DNA from: Acidobacteriota bacterium
GTDB lineage: Bacteria > Acidobacteriota > Terriglobia > Terriglobales > SCQP01
Assembly: GCA_027314025.1 (NCBI GenBank)
Contig: DAHVCP010000050.1
Coordinates: 5,753 to 69,752 of the forward strand
Direction of reading: 5' to 3'
Length of the DNA: 64,000 bases
Part shown: in pieces, positions 29,747 through 39,183 of the stretch
Position numbering within the stretch: the stretch's first letter is position 1
Layout of the letters: each line of letters starts with the position of its first letter
The notes under the pieces: model-generated
Told to the model about the DNA's origin: nothing
Database searches by the model: none
What the model saw: only the letters and a program-made list of their open reading frames with translations
Translations under genes and position numbers: made by a program

Positions 29747-31381
29747 ATGCCCGTCTGCCTGGACCAGCGACAAATTCCAGGACTCAGCCGCCTGTACGCC
29801 GATTACCTCTATCAATTCGACCGCGTCGCGCGCTTTTACGGCGCCGCGACGGCGTCGCCGTTTGCTCCGGGAGTCTTGGCCGCGGCGGCCCGGAATGTGT
29901 CCTATGCCTCCGGACTGCGCGCGCGGGTGACCGCGGCGCTAGCGGCGGGCAATCGCGCCTGGGGCGCCGGGTCCGCCACCGAGGAACTGTTGGCGCTTTT
30001 GGGCCGGCCGGAAACCGTCGTGATCGTCACCGGCCAACAGGTTGGACTGTTTGGCGGTCCGCTGCTGACCGTGTACAAGGCGCTCACGGCGGTGCTCACG
30101 GCGGAACGCCTGCGCGCCGAGGGCGTCGCCGCCGTGCCGGTATTTTGGCTCGCCAGCCAAGACCACGATTTCGCCGAAATCAACCAAGCCTGGATCCTCG
30201 GGGCGGACGGTGAACCGCGGCGGGTCGAGTTGCCCCCGCCGTCCGCGCCGCCGCTATCGCCGGTCGGCCGGATCGTCTTGGGGCCGGAGATCGGCGCCAC
30301 GCTCGATGCGTTCGCCCAGGCCACCGGCGCCGCCCCGGATGCCATCGCCCCGCTAGCCGCCGCCTACCGTCCCGGCGAGACGCTGGCTTCCGCCTTCGCC
30401 CGCTTACTGGCGCGGTGGTTCGCGCCTTGGGGCTTGATCGTCCTTGATCCCCTCGACCCAACGCTCGCCGCCGCCGCCGCTCCCGTCGTGCAGCAAGCCG
30501 TGGAGCGCCACGAGGAACTCGTCGCGGCGTTGCAGCAGCGAAACAGGGAATTGCGGGAGGCCGGCTACCACGCGCAGGTCCATACGGATGGCGCCGCGCT
30601 GCTGTTCTTGGAAACCAACGGGCAACGCCAGGCGCTGCGCTTCAGCGCCGGCGGCGCGCAAGCCGGCGCGGAGCGGTATTCCGTCGCCCAGCTCGCCGCT
30701 CTGGCGCGGGCCGAGCCCCATCGCTTTTCCCCCGGCGCGCTGCTCCGCCCTTTAGTGCAAGACTATTTGTTGCCCAGCGCCGCGCAAGTGACCGGGCCCG
30801 CCGAAACCGCCTATCTCGCGCAATCCAGCGCTCTTTATGCCGTGCTGGGCCAGGCCCCGCCGCTGCGGTTGCCCCGCCTCAGCGCCACCTTGCTGGATGC
30901 GCGCACCCGCCGGCTGCTGGAGAAATATCAGCTCACCGTGCCGGAAATTTGGGGCCTGGACACGCACGGGGATGCTCCCGCCGCCTTGGCTGCCCATCTG
31001 GCCCGCCAGACCGTGCCCGCCGGACTGGCCGCCAATCTCGCCGCGCAGCGCGAGGCGGCGGCGCAAGGATTCGCCGCCGTCGGATCGCAGGTTGCCGCCG
31101 TGGATCCGTCCCTGGTGGATTTTGTCCGCACGGCGGGAGAAAAGGTGCGCCACCAGTTCGATCAGGTCGAGGCCAAGCTGGCGCGCAGCCTCGCCCGGCG
31201 CCAGGAAGACCTCGCGCGCCAAGCCCATCACCTCGTCGGCCAGTTGTATCCGCAGCGCCAGCTGCAAGAGCGCCTTTGGAACAGCTCTGCCGCTGCGCTG
31301 CGTCTCGGTCCCCTTTGGCCCGCCCTGCTTCACGATCAGCTGCAGCCGGCCTGCCCGGATCACCAGTTCGTGGACATCTAG
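29747..31381 (+). CDS. bshC: Bacillithiol biosynthesis cysteine-adding enzyme BshC (putative)
   Basis: 544 aa, the BshC size class. N-terminus ..LSRLYADYLYQFDRVARFY.. matches my recollection of the family. No alignment was run. Confidence 0.6.
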   Translation: MPVCLDQRQIPGLSRLYADYLYQFDRVARFYGAATASPFAPGVLAAAARNVSYASGLRARVTAALAAGNRAWGAGSATEELLALLGRPETVVIVTGQQVGLFGGPLLTVYKALTAVLTAERLRAEGVAAVPVFWLASQDHDFAEINQAWILGADGEPRRVELPPPSAPPLSPVGRIVLGPEIGATLDAFAQATGAAPDAIAPLAAAYRPGETLASAFARLLARWFAPWGLIVLDPLDPTLAAAAAPVVQQAVERHEELVAALQQRNRELREAGYHAQVHTDGAALLFLETNGQRQALRFSAGGAQAGAERYSVAQLAALARAEPHRFSPGALLRPLVQDYLLPSAAQVTGPAETAYLAQSSALYAVLGQAPPLRLPRLSATLLDARTRRLLEKYQLTVPEIWGLDTHGDAPAALAAHLARQTVPAGLAANLAAQREAAAQGFAAVGSQVAAVDPSLVDFVRTAGEKVRHQFDQVEAKLARSLARRQEDLARQAHHLVGQLYPQRQLQERLWNSSAAALRLGPLWPALLHDQLQPACPDHQFVDI

Positions 31382-31464
31382 CCGCCGCACTCGAGTGCGG
31401 CGCCCGGGACATCGGCGTGTCACAATAACCTGGCGTTCCGCCGTTAGCCGGGCGCGAAATACCT

Positions 31465-32010
31465 ATGCCGCCCACCGCCGGATGGGAGAACTTTTACGTG
31501 ATCGTCGGCTCCGCCGCCGGGGCGCTGATCGGCTTGCAGTTCGTGGTGGTCACGCTCCTCGCCGGCACGCCCGCGGCCGACGGCGGCCAGCAGGACAGCC
31601 GCGTGTTCGCTACCCCGACCATCGTGCATCTCGGCGCCGTTCTGCTGCTCGCCGCAGCGCTCTGCGCCCCGTGGGGCGGCATCGCGGCTCCGGCATGGAT
31701 TTGGGGCCTCACGGGGCTAGCAGGTCTGGGCTATATCGCCTCCGTGGCCTGGCGCATGCGCACCCAAACCGCCTACCGGCCCGAGTTCGAGGATTGGCTG
31801 TTCCACGCCGCGCTCCCCGCGGTCGCATATGGGGCCTTCGCCGCCTCCGCTTTCACCGTGGGCGCTCATCCCCGCGGGGCGCTTTTCGCCGTCGCAGCCG
31901 CGGCGCTGCTGCTGCTGTTCACCGCCATTCACAATGCGTGGGATAGCGTCACCTACCACGTCTTTGCCAGCCGCCGCCGCGCGCATGCCGCGCGGAACCA
32001 CCCAGAATGA
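31465..32010 (+). CDS. Hypothetical integral membrane protein (4-5 TM)
   Basis: Hydrophobic segments with coding-like composition. No family recognised. Confidence 0.5.
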   Translation: MPPTAGWENFYVIVGSAAGALIGLQFVVVTLLAGTPAADGGQQDSRVFATPTIVHLGAVLLLAAALCAPWGGIAAPAWIWGLTGLAGLGYIASVAWRMRTQTAYRPEFEDWLFHAALPAVAYGAFAASAFTVGAHPRGALFAVAAAALLLLFTAIHNAWDSVTYHVFASRRRAHAARNHPE

Positions 32011-32014
32011 CCAC

Positions 32015-32041
32015 GGCCATGCCGCGGTCGGCGGCATGGCC
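32015..32041. terminator. Hairpin between convergent genes (possible bidirectional terminator)
   Basis: GGCCATGCCGC-GGTCG-GCGGCATGGCC perfect 11-bp stem. No clear U-tract. Confidence 0.35.
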
Positions 32042-32069
32042 TTGGATACACGCTCGCTGTGGTGAACGA

Positions 32070-32294
32070 CTAGTTCTGCGCCACGGTTTCGGTTTCCGGC
32101 TCCTCGCTGGCTACGGGTTCTTCTTCCAGTCCGTCAAAGATGTTGAACTCGTAATCAATATCATTGTCGTGGTTGATCCCCGCAGCTTTGTCATGGTTCC
32201 GCTGGAGCCTCTTTTCCATCTTGTCCTTCCGCCGCTCCTGACGCGCTTTCTCTTTCTGACGTTTTTGGAAACTGGGACGGGAACGACCGGCCAT
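32070..32294 (-). CDS. Small highly charged hypothetical protein (74 aa; basic N-half, acidic C-half)
   Basis: GGAGG RBS 7 nt before the ATG. MAGRSRPSFQKRQKEKARQERRKDKMEKRLQRN..DYEFNIFDGLEEEPVASEEPETE. Two other overlapping frames were rejected. Confidence 0.5.
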   Translation of the reverse strand: MAGRSRPSFQKRQKEKARQERRKDKMEKRLQRNHDKAAGINHDNDIDYEFNIFDGLEEEPVASEEPETETVAQN

Positions 32295-32496
32295 GGGACA
32301 CCTCCGAGGAAAAGAATTCCGGCGGCGGCGGCGCTCCTCGCCGTCCCGGTACGGGCCAAGGCGCACCCGATTGCGCGCAAAATGGCCCGAAAAAGCTCAT
32401 CTCCAGTTTACCAGTTAGCACCGTCACGCGGAAGCCTACCCCCGCGGGTCCGTTGGCGAACCGGGGTACAAGAGATTCCTAACGCGGCGATCGGCG

Positions 32497-32526
32497 GCAA
32501 GCAAAACGGCGGGCCCGAAGGCCCGC
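32497..32526 (-). terminator. Candidate terminator downstream of the ferritin-like gene
   Basis: GGCGGGCC-TTCG-GGCCCGCC hairpin followed by GTTTTGCTTG on the minus strand. Confidence 0.5.
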
Positions 32527-32555
32527 CGCCGTGCCGCAAGCCTGGGAGCGGCGGT

Positions 32556-33167
32556 TTAGGGATTGTAAAAACGGCGGTTTTTGCTGTAAGGCGCCTCGCC
32601 CGGCTCGCCGCGCCGGAAATGGCCCGAAGGGATGGTCTTGTGATCCCGCTCCTGCGCCAGGAGTTCGATGAACCAGGCCTCGTGCTCAATCTCTTCGTTC
32701 AAGATCCGCGCCGCCATGTCGTAGGTCCGAGGATCCTTGCCGAACGTGAGGTCGCAGATCTCCGACCAACTGCGGATGGCGCAGCGCTCGCTTTCCAGCA
32801 ACAAGGTCAAAATATTGACCGCGGTCGGCGGGCTGGGCAGCTTGGCCGGAGCACAGCCGGCGCCATTGTGGAAGGCGGGCAGATCGTTGGGCAGCTCACC
32901 GCCCAGTTCATAAATGCGCGGCACGATCAGCTCCCAGTGAGCGCGATCCTCCAGGCGGGCATCCTCGCAAATCTCCTTGTAGTCTTCATGCCCGGCCAGG
33001 TGCATGCGCAGGATGGTGTAGTAGTAATACGTGCTGGAAAACTCGGCCGCCGCATTGGCGATGAGTTTTTTGATCAGCAAATCCACATCAACGCCGCGGG
33101 CGCGAATCTCCTCCACGCCGACGCGGCCGGTTAAGTCGCCGTAACCAATCTTTTTGGCTTCCGCCAT
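32556..33167 (-). CDS. DPS-like (DpsL) ferritin-superfamily di-iron protein
   Basis: [52 protein letters not shown] and [10 protein letters not shown] closely parallel the archaeal DpsL sequence as I recall it. GGAGGA RBS. Confidence 0.8.
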   Translation of the reverse strand: MAEAKKIGYGDLTGRVGVEEIRARGVDVDLLIKKLIANAAAEFSSTYYYYTILRMHLAGHEDYKEICEDARLEDRAHWELIVPRIYELGGELPNDLPAFHNGAGCAPAKLPSPPTAVNILTLLLESERCAIRSWSEICDLTFGKDPRTYDMAARILNEEIEHEAWFIELLAQERDHKTIPSGHFRRGEPGEAPYSKNRRFYNP

Positions 33168-33177
33168 GGTTCCTCCT

Positions 33178-34803
33178 TCAGCGATTCGCCCGCCGCAATG
33201 GGCGGGTGAAAGAAAAAGATGCGTCCGATGGCCCCCCATCAATCCCAACGGTGTGCTGAAATCGCTCCACCACGCGCAGGCGCTGGCGCCAGTCCTCATT
33301 CAGTCCCACGCGTTCCACTTCGACCTCCGGTGCGATCCAGCGCAACAGCGCGCCGGTGCAGTGATGCCACCGAAGCGCCGGCGCCACCAAGGTCAGCAGG
33401 GGTGGATCGGGGCGCAGCGCCAAACCGGGAAAGTACCCCCGGCGGGCAAAGTCGCCGGTTTTCTGATGCCGCCGCACCGCGCGCCAATAATCCAGCGCCT
33501 GCAACGGGAACTGGATATCTTCACTGGCTTTCAGCTCCAGGATGCGCAACCGCCCGTCACGGTCCGCGGTGAGCATGTCCATCACTTCCCGATGTTCTCG
33601 GCGCAGACTTGGAACTTGCGTATAGACGCAGCGCTCGTCGCACCGCGGCGCCACGGCGGACAGTTCCAATCGCACCTGCTCCTCCATCCATGCTTCGGGT
33701 TGGCATTGGGCCAAATAGCCGTGGGCATCCGCATCGGGCCCGCGTTCCCGGTCTAATCGCAGCAAGAACGCGCGGAAGTCATCCATCCGTTCCGGCGTCA
33801 AGGGCCGCGAGCGCATCTCTCCCGCCCAACCCGGGGCATGCGCCGCCTGGCCCAGGCCGAAGGTAAAACTGGCGATCATCGCCTCGGGTCCGCGCGCGGT
33901 GCGCGCGAAGGTCAGTCCGTGGAGGCGGAAGGCAACGCCGTCGCCACCTTGGGTCACGGTGGCGCGCGGGCATAGGCGTCGGATCTGGCTCCATAACCCC
34001 TCCGCGGCGGCGGGGAGCGTGCGGGCCGCCGCGGGAGCGGCGCGGAGCACGGACTCCAAGTTGCCATCGGTCAGCGGCGACAATGGCCGCAAATGGCCGG
34101 CGGCGTCATCCAGTTGATAGACCGCGATCCGCTCGGCATCGCGGAGAACGGGCACGCGCCCCAGGGTTGGCCCACACTGCCCCTCGGGCAGCACCAGCAT
34201 CATGTGCGACACCGGCACGCCCTCGCATTGGGAGGGTAATCGGTCCGCCCACAACAGCAGCGCGATGAGCGCGCCATCCACCACCGCCTGGGACCGGCCC
34301 GGCGGCGACGCCACCGCCGCCGCGATGCTATGGCGGTGGCGAAAAAGAAAGAACTCCAGCGGCTGCTCGCCTTGTTCGCGCGCCAGGCCCGAGGTCAGCT
34401 CCAGTCCCACGAGCGGCGACGGCCGCCATCCCGCCCATTCCCGCGCGATGGCGGCGAGCACGCGCGAGCGGAACTCCCGCCGGCCGCGCCGGGAGGCCGG
34501 AGGCAGCGCGGCGCTTTCCAGGCGCAGCGGCGCGGGCTCGCGCTGGCCAAAACGCAACGCTTGCAAATGCAGCGCCCCCTTGGTTTCCCGCGCTTCCACG
34601 ATCCGCCGCACCAGGCTCCGGCCCGGCGCCCAGAAATGCGCCACCACCTTGCCTCCCTCGCACGCGATCTGGCACCCGCCGATCTGCCCGTCGAGCGCCA
34701 ACTGCACCTCATCGTTCTCCACGACCCGTACGCGTGGCTGCGCCGCCAAAAAGCTTCGCAACCGTGCCGCCAGGGCCTCAGCCTTGTCGGGAGCTAGATT
34801 CAT
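33178..34803 (-). CDS. Hypothetical protein with C-terminal PD-(D/E)xK nuclease-like domain
   Basis: ..[34 protein letters not shown].. fits a D-x(n)-ExK restriction-endonuclease-fold motif (NucS/DUF91-like). The N-terminal ~380 aa were not recognised. Confidence 0.55.
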   Translation of the reverse strand: MNLAPDKAEALAARLRSFLAAQPRVRVVENDEVQLALDGQIGGCQIACEGGKVVAHFWAPGRSLVRRIVEARETKGALHLQALRFGQREPAPLRLESAALPPASRRGRREFRSRVLAAIAREWAGWRPSPLVGLELTSGLAREQGEQPLEFFLFRHRHSIAAAVASPPGRSQAVVDGALIALLLWADRLPSQCEGVPVSHMMLVLPEGQCGPTLGRVPVLRDAERIAVYQLDDAAGHLRPLSPLTDGNLESVLRAAPAAARTLPAAAEGLWSQIRRLCPRATVTQGGDGVAFRLHGLTFARTARGPEAMIASFTFGLGQAAHAPGWAGEMRSRPLTPERMDDFRAFLLRLDRERGPDADAHGYLAQCQPEAWMEEQVRLELSAVAPRCDERCVYTQVPSLRREHREVMDMLTADRDGRLRILELKASEDIQFPLQALDYWRAVRRHQKTGDFARRGYFPGLALRPDPPLLTLVAPALRWHHCTGALLRWIAPEVEVERVGLNEDWRQRLRVVERFQHTVGIDGGPSDASFSFTRPLRRANR

Positions 34804-34829
34804 CGCCGCCTGATCTTAGGCGCTTGGGT

Positions 34830-35072
34830 TGCTCTGCGCCACGCCCCGTTCGGGGGGCAGGTCCATCTCGCGGGGGCCGCGCCCTTTGCCCGTGGAGCAA
34901 ACCGGGCGCGGGAAGGCTGCGAAATCCCGCGGGGCGGCCCGCCCAAGGCAAGGGAAGCGGCGCGACCCCCGGCGACGCGTCGGCTGGGCCGGGGCGAACG
35001 GGGTCCCCGGCCCAGCCAGCCGCGCAAGCGGGACGCCCGGCGAAGCCGCGCTGAGGCCCGCGCCCATCAACG
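34830..35072 (+). repeat. Dispersed GC-rich intergenic repeat, family 1 (long form)
   Basis: ..GCCGCGCCCTTTGCCCGTGGAGCAAACCGGGCGCGGGAAGGCTGCGAAATCCCGCGG....GCGCAAGCGGGACGCCCGGCGAAGCCGCGCTGAGGCCCGCGCCCATCAA. Confidence 0.7.
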
Positions 35073-35148
35073 CGTGGCGGCGCCGACGCCGCGCCCCGAC
35101 CGGAGCGGCAGCACCGCTCCCGCTGCGTCCGTAGTAACATTTCGCCCC

Positions 35149-36987
35149 ATGCGGGCCTTCCCGCAATGTTTTTGGGGCCCGGGCCCCGCCGCGCGCCTGA
35201 AGCGCCCCAGCTCAAGCCCGGGCGCTGCGGTTTCCATCGCGCCGGAACTGCTGCGCACCGCCGCCTATTGGGCGATGCTTGGAGCCGCGGCGCTGGCCGC
35301 CAGCCCGCCGGGCGCGCATTTCAGCGTGCTGATCCGGGGCGGCGAAATCATTGATGGCAGCGGCGGGCGCGCGTATCGCGCCGACATCGGCATCCGCCAC
35401 GGACGGATCGCCGCGATCGGCAACCTCCAGAACGCCCGGGCTGCAACCGTCATTGATGCCCGGGGGTTGGTGGTGGCTCCAGGCTTCATTGACATGCTTT
35501 CCCATTCCGACGCCGCGTTGCTGCGCAACGGCGGCTGTTGCAGCAAGATCTATGAAGGCGTCACCACCGAGGTGCTGGGCGAGACCGCCTCGGTGGCTAC
35601 CGCGGGCCCCTTGGCCGGCGTCGCGCTGCGCCAACAGCGGCGCCTATTTGCCGCGCAAGGCGTATCCGTGAAATGGCGCCGGTTGCGCGGCTATTTTCAG
35701 CGCTTACAGCGCCAAGGCATTCGCCTCAACGTCGCCAGCTACGCTACTTTCGGCTGCATTCGGGAGTCGGTGATGGGCATGTCCAGTTCCGTGCCCACGC
35801 CGGCGCAGTTGGCGGCGGAGCAAGCGATGATGGCCCAAGCCATGCGCGATGGGGCGCTGGGCTTGGCCACGGCGTTCAGCTACGTGCCGGACATTTTTGC
35901 CCGCGATCCGGAAGTGATCGCGGTGGCCCGCGTGGCGGGGAGATATGGCGGCATCTACGCCACCCACGTCCGCGGACTGGGGAACATCAACGCCGGAGGC
36001 ATTCAAGAGGCGATTCGCATTGCCCGCGCCGCGCGCTTGCCGCTGCACATCTTTCACCTCCAGGTGGACCGCAATGACGGCCGGCAAGCTGCCAGCCGGG
36101 CTCTCGGTTGGATCGAGCGCGCCCGGCGCCAGGGCCTGCGCGTCACCGCCGATGCCTACCCCTACCGCGCCGCCGACAACTCCGCCGCTTCCATGGTGCC
36201 GGCGCGGTTTCGCGCCGGGGGCGCCTCCGCCCTGCTGCGCCGCCTCGCCAACCCGCGGCTCCGGGCGGAGATCGTGCGCGGCATCGCCGCCTCCGCCCGC
36301 CGCTTCGGCACGCGCCGCGATCCCGCCGGCTGGCGGCAGGAATATGTCATCTCGATTGCGCGGCCCAGCGACCGCCGCGATCTCGGCAAGAACTTCCAGA
36401 TCCTGGGCATGATGATGCGCCTGCCGCCGGCCCAGGCCGTGGCCCGGCTGTTGCGGCGCGAGGGCGGCAGCTTTGGCCGCATGTTTTTCAACAAGAGCGC
36501 CGCGTCGGTACGGCAGATCATCGCCGCGCCGTTCGTCAGCATTGGCGGCGACGCGATTGACGCCGACATGGCGGACAACGATGGCTATGCCGTCCCCCAT
36601 CCGCGCTACTTTGGCGCCGAAGCGCGGATTCTGGTGTGGGCGCGGGAGAAGCGATTTAGCCTGGCGGAGGCGGTGCACAAGATGACCGGCCTGGCGGCGC
36701 ATAGCTTGCAGCTGCGCGGCCGCGGGTTCATTCGCCGCGGCTACGCGGCGGACGTGGCGATCTTCAATCCCCGCACGGTGCAGGACCACGCCACCTACGC
36801 GCATCCCTGGCGCTACGCCAGCGGCGTCGCGGACGTTCTCGTCAACGGCGTGCCGGTGCTGCTGCATGGCCGCGTGACCGGCGCCCGGCCGGGCCAGGTG
36901 CTCCACGGTCCGGGCTGGCGCCATGGATGGCGAATGGGATCCCCCAGCCAGGCGCGTAAGCGGGACGCCCCGCCGCAGGCGGGCTAG
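35149..36987 (+). CDS. N-acyl-D-amino-acid deacylase (D-aminoacylase) family amidohydrolase; start uncertain
   Basis: LIRGGEIIDGSG..ADIGIRHGRIAAIG..VIDARGLVVAPGFIDMLSHSD and a C-terminal ..ADVAIFNP... The last 11 codons lie in a family-1 repeat. Confidence 0.8.
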   Translation: MRAFPQCFWGPGPAARLKRPSSSPGAAVSIAPELLRTAAYWAMLGAAALAASPPGAHFSVLIRGGEIIDGSGGRAYRADIGIRHGRIAAIGNLQNARAATVIDARGLVVAPGFIDMLSHSDAALLRNGGCCSKIYEGVTTEVLGETASVATAGPLAGVALRQQRRLFAAQGVSVKWRRLRGYFQRLQRQGIRLNVASYATFGCIRESVMGMSSSVPTPAQLAAEQAMMAQAMRDGALGLATAFSYVPDIFARDPEVIAVARVAGRYGGIYATHVRGLGNINAGGIQEAIRIARAARLPLHIFHLQVDRNDGRQAASRALGWIERARRQGLRVTADAYPYRAADNSAASMVPARFRAGGASALLRRLANPRLRAEIVRGIAASARRFGTRRDPAGWRQEYVISIARPSDRRDLGKNFQILGMMMRLPPAQAVARLLRREGGSFGRMFFNKSAASVRQIIAAPFVSIGGDAIDADMADNDGYAVPHPRYFGAEARILVWAREKRFSLAEAVHKMTGLAAHSLQLRGRGFIRRGYAADVAIFNPRTVQDHATYAHPWRYASGVADVLVNGVPVLLHGRVTGARPGQVLHGPGWRHGWRMGSPSQARKRDAPPQAG

Positions 36988-37012
36988 GGCCCGCGCCTAT
37001 CATTGAGCCAGG
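36950..37012 (+). repeat. Dispersed repeat, family 1 (short form), overlapping the stop codons of both convergent genes
   Basis: GGCGCGTAAGCGGGACGCCCCGCCGCAGGCGGGCTAGGGCCCGCGCCTATCATTGAG. Confidence 0.8.
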
Positions 37013-38690
37013 GCCAGCCCACCGCCGGCAGGCAGGGAACGCCCCGGGGCAGGAGCACGGCCCAGAGTTGCGGCGGCGCCGGCATGGTGGCGCAATGGTG
37101 GAAGCGCCGCAGCAGATAGACTTCCAGCGGGCGCGCGCCGGAGAAGGAAGTGACCGGCATGCCGGGGAAGTTCTTTGCCTCCCATTGGATCGCGCCTAAG
37201 TCGAACAGCACCGCCACGGGCGGTGTGGCGGCTAATTCGGCCCGCGCGGCCGCGAACTGCCGGGGTGAGTTCTGTCCCCATTGCAGCCAGGCGAAGCGGG
37301 TGGGATTGGCGCGCCCGGACAGATAGTAGTAATCCGGCAGGTAGGGGTAAACGAAGATCGGTCCGGGTGGCAGGCGCCGCAGGTAGGCCAGCACGGGATC
37401 GGGAACCGCCATGCGCAGCCGGCCGTGCGCGGTGGCCACGGTGGCGGGAAATCCGCCAAGGGCGCGGGCCCAGTAGTGCACGCCGGCCACGGTAAAAAAC
37501 AACAGCACGTACACGGCGATGACCGGCGCCGCCGCGCGGGCCGCCGGGCCCGGGTTGCGGCGGCCCGTGATCCAGGCCAAGGTGAGGACGAAAATGGGCG
37601 TCAAATAGGCGATGTGGCCGTAATCCTGCCGCGTCAGCACCACGCTCAACAGCAAGCCGGCCATGACCGTTCCAGCCAATAGGTAATAGCCCCGAGCCAG
37701 CCCGGAGGGGCGATGGCGCCGCAGTCCCAGCCACAGCGCCGCCGCCACGCCCACGCCGATCCAAGGCAGCAGCAGGATCGCCAGATGGGGACTGAACCAC
37801 AGCCAGGCCTCCGCCTTCGCCAGCCAGGAACCGGTGGACGGGATATGCGCGTGGAAAAACATATATCCGTAGGGCAGCGAATTGGCGGCGAGATAATGCC
37901 GCAGCGGCCAGAGGACATCCGCGATCATTGCGCCCAGCGCGCCTTGGCTGGCGAAGTACGCCGCGGTGGCCAGCGCCGGCAGGGCAAATCCCGCCGCGAT
38001 TGCCCATCCTTGCCGCGGCCGCAGTTGCGCACGCCACGGTGGCCGGCGCACCAGCCACACGGCCGCCGCCGCCAGCCCCAGCACCAGCCCCGCGCCCTTG
38101 GATTGCTCATCCAGGCAGGTCAGGGCGGCGAAAAACCCGACCGCGCCGGCGCTGATCCAATGCGGCCGCTCCAGCCAGAGCACCGCCGCGTACAGCGCCA
38201 GGTAGGCGAGCAGCGTGCTGTCCCAGTTGTGCAGGGTGATGAACTCGAACGGCAGCGTCAGCAACGCCATGGCGTAGGCGGCCAGCAGCGCTGCCCAGCG
38301 CGCCGCCACCCGCCGCGCCAGCAGGTAGGTGAGGACGGCCATCGCCGCGCCTTCCAGCAGGAGGACGACGCGCCCGGTGAATACCGAGTCGCCGAACAGC
38401 CGGAACAGCAGCGCCAGGCCGTAATAGGAACCCGGCGTATAAAAGCTGAAAAAATCCCGGTACAACACCTGCCCATGCAGGATGCGCTGTGCGCCTTGCA
38501 GCAGGATGCCTTCGTCGGGCCAGAAAGCCTCGCAGCGGAGGAACGGTATATATGCGAGGGCGGTGCCCGCAAAGACCACCGCCGCCCAAAGCCATTCCGT
38601 CCACGAACGCTCGGGGCGAAATAGCCCGGCTTCAGGGGGCGCCGGCCGGGCGGCGGCAGGGGCTGCTGCGGTGGGCGAGGTCGGGTGCAT
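36984..38690 (-). CDS. Polytopic membrane glycosyltransferase, GT39/ArnT-like (PMT_2-type)
   Basis: 568 aa and more than 10 TM segments. The N-terminal loop ..FWPDEGILLQGAQRILHGQVLYRDFFSFYTPG.. is typical of ArnT-like lipid-linked sugar transferases. Confidence 0.6.
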   Translation of the reverse strand: MHPTSPTAAAPAAARPAPPEAGLFRPERSWTEWLWAAVVFAGTALAYIPFLRCEAFWPDEGILLQGAQRILHGQVLYRDFFSFYTPGSYYGLALLFRLFGDSVFTGRVVLLLEGAAMAVLTYLLARRVAARWAALLAAYAMALLTLPFEFITLHNWDSTLLAYLALYAAVLWLERPHWISAGAVGFFAALTCLDEQSKGAGLVLGLAAAAVWLVRRPPWRAQLRPRQGWAIAAGFALPALATAAYFASQGALGAMIADVLWPLRHYLAANSLPYGYMFFHAHIPSTGSWLAKAEAWLWFSPHLAILLLPWIGVGVAAALWLGLRRHRPSGLARGYYLLAGTVMAGLLLSVVLTRQDYGHIAYLTPIFVLTLAWITGRRNPGPAARAAAPVIAVYVLLFFTVAGVHYWARALGGFPATVATAHGRLRMAVPDPVLAYLRRLPPGPIFVYPYLPDYYYLSGRANPTRFAWLQWGQNSPRQFAAARAELAATPPVAVLFDLGAIQWEAKNFPGMPVTSFSGARPLEVYLLRRFHHCATMPAPPQLWAVLLPRGVPCLPAVGWPWLNDRRGP

Positions 38691-38962
38691 GAGTGCGGGC
38701 GGCCCGCGGGCCGCGGCAAACCGGGGTGGATGGGCCTACAGCCCACGCTAGCATTCACCGCCGCTGGTTGCGCCTGCGCGGCGATGGTAGAGCCGTTTCC
38801 TGGCCGCGCGGGCAGGCATGGCTTGGGTACCGGCGCCTGGCGCCCGCCGGCCGCGGCAACTTGGAGCGGCCCAAAGCGCCGGCGGGCATCCGTTGCCGGC
38901 CGGCGCAACCCGGGGTGGGGAGCCCGGGGTGGGGAGCCAGCCACAGCGCCGCGACTCGGCCT

Positions 38963-39089
38963 CCAAAACTGAGCGGTTGAGCCGCCGACGAGGCCGGGGC
39001 GGCGTGCGGGCGCGCGCAGGCGCCGGGTCGCTCGCGGCTGGCCGCGGACAGGAGGACCGGCGAGCCAGAGGCCGGGTATTGGTCTAATT
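38963..39089 (+). repeat. Left copy of a ~127-bp direct repeat bracketing the KaiC-like cassette
   Basis: CCAAAACTGAGCGGTTGAGCCGCCGACGAGGCCGGGGCGGCGTGCGGGCGCGCGCAGGCGCCGGGTCGCTCGCGGCTGGCCGCGGACAGGAGGACCGGCGAGCCAGAGGCCGGGTATTGGTCTAATT aligns base by base with 42363-42490. Confidence 0.85.
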
Positions 39090-39183
39090 GGGAATCCCCA
39101 CCACTCCGCCACCCACCTGCCCTCTATTTATGCGAAGGGCCTGACCGCAACCGCTTCTCCCGCCCGGCAACCTCCAGGACCCA

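Noticed and set aside
32111-32427. Two alternative ORFs (89 and 78 aa) overlapping the 74-aa small protein gene
   Set aside because: Only the 32070-32294 frame has a GGAGG RBS at correct spacing and a coherent charged-protein sequence.
35704-36924. 406-aa minus-strand ORF
   Set aside because: It is antisense to the D-aminoacylase gene, which has clear family motifs. The antisense frame has none.
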